Assembly: GCF_963506605.1 (NCBI RefSeq)
Contig: NC_083278.1
Coordinates: 35,154,001 to 35,218,000 of the forward strand
Length of the DNA stretch: 64,000 nucleotides
Direction of reading: 5' to 3'
Source: Zootoca vivipara
Lineage: Eukaryota
The translations under genes and the position numbers were made by a program. Positions 62,426 to 64,000 of this stretch are shown piece after piece; positions within the stretch are counted from its first letter, which is position 1; the number at the start of each line of letters is the position of its first letter. The notes beneath the pieces were generated by a model. It was not told the origin of the DNA. It was given only the letters and a program-made list of their open reading frames with translations, and searched no databases.

Positions 62426-64000
62426 TTGACCAAAATAATAATAATAATTCATTCCAGTAGCACCTTAGAGACCAACTATTGGAGGCCAACTATTGACAAG
62501 TCACTTCTGTGCATTTCAATCCTGTTTTTTTTAATCAGGTGCTGAGGAATCTGAAGAGACAAGATATCTGTAAACTCAGGATTAAGTTTAAGCCTGCTAT
62601 ATGACAGATTCTCTTTCCATGCATGATTTTTTAGCTTAATATAATCCTGGCTGTTTACCAAGTTGAATAAAAAAGGCCTGTCTCCTTTACTTCACTTATT
62701 ATTATTCTACCAGTGGGACATATGGCTCTTGCCAGTCTTATTACAGGAAACAAAATTGTTTCATCTTCAGGAATCCAAGCATTTCAATGCAAGCAACAGG
62801 GAGCCTGTATGAAGCTGTAATTTGCAATCTGAATCTAATTTAAAACTTCATCTCACCATAAATGAAAATTAATGTAAGAGGGGGACTCCCTGTATCACAA
62901 GTACTTTCCTCCTGAAATGTGTTTTCCTCTGTGTTCACCCCTGTAATTTAATTTTTTGAACAAATAAAAATTTGAAATTGATGGATGTTTTAACGTCTAT
63001 TGCATAATTTCATTGTGTACCACACTTTAGCAAATTGCATTTAGTTTAAGATTAAAGTCGTCTCGTGTATTATGTGAAGCAAGACTGCCAAATCAGTGAT
63101 AGAACTAGATGTTTCTAACATCACTTTCATTCAGAAGAAATCTTTTAATAGAACATATGTGTGAGAATGCATAGAAGTACTGGGATTAGAAATGTAAATT
63201 AAAAATCTGCATGGAATCCTCTGTATGGTTAAAGTTGGGTACCTATTGCTCCTCGCTACTAATGGAGCTTGCAGTGTTTTAATGTCTTCTTCTCATCAGG
63301 CCTTAATCACAACTGGAAAGGGAGGTCACTTTAACTCCTCTTTGAATAGTCCCAGTCCGTTTCTTTCCAAACCATTCCCATAGCCTACTTTTTCTCTGAC
63401 TAAATATAAACATGGCTACTGCAAGACACTGCCATCCGTTTTGCACAGGTATCTTCATGATCTGGATACTAACCAGAAAATTAGATTCTTCCAGCAAGCA
63501 GTGAGCTGGGGTGATTTTCTTTTTAAAATAATACTAGGGGGCAATAAAAAGGTGTCACAGTGCTGTGATACTTTCTGCCAGCTATGTTCTGGGCAGAGAT
63601 CTGCTTCTTTGAAAGACATCAGCCACACCATAATGGGCTGGTTCAAACCATTGTTTGGCACTACATGAACACTACATGATTACATATGTTAATGCTTAGG
63701 TTAGCAGCAAACCATAGTTTGCAGTTACATATGAACGAGGTAGATTAGTACAGTGTGTAGAAACCAGTTAGCACGCAAACCAGGATTGCAACCAATGGCT
63801 TGAACTGAGTATATAATCCCAATTTGTCTGCAAATTATGGTTTGTGCAAACCATAGTTTGCCCTTTGTCTGGTTCAGTAGTAAATTGGAAGTGAGGGAGA
63901 AACCAGAGGATGTGTTGGGAGAAGGAAAAAAGAGATGTAAGAAGGGAGCACATGAGCTCATATAGCATTAAATTATGCTGTGATGTTTATAGCTCCTCTG

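Overview
This is vertebrate nuclear DNA, not a prokaryotic window. The repeat content (Sauria SINEs with ACCTTT tails, BovB and other RTE LINEs, L2, CR1, L1 remnants, Tigger-like and hAT-like MITEs) points to a squamate, probably a lacertid lizard. I could not support any host protein-coding gene. The window looks like intergenic DNA or a very large intron, with several repeat-free, homeodomain-motif-rich blocks that resemble conserved non-coding elements. Most ORF-track entries are noise (some use GTG/TTG starts); the recognisable ones are retrotransposon remnants. Highlights: (1) a near-perfect 8.1-kb head-to-tail duplication (3000-11089 / 11097-19187), in which I saw only homopolymer-length differences and a 7-bp junction next to an AAAGGAG microhomology; (2) a truncated 7SK snRNA copy on the minus strand; (3) an RTE LINE with a 5' inversion of twin-priming geometry; (4) a four-element nested transposon stack with readable TSDs; (5) two strong CTCF motifs carried by the same small inverted-repeat element; (6) a decayed ~1-kb ORF in the duplicated unit, possibly a LINE ORF1. 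All family assignments are from recall of consensus sequences, with no database searches. I found no convincing novel multi-gene system.
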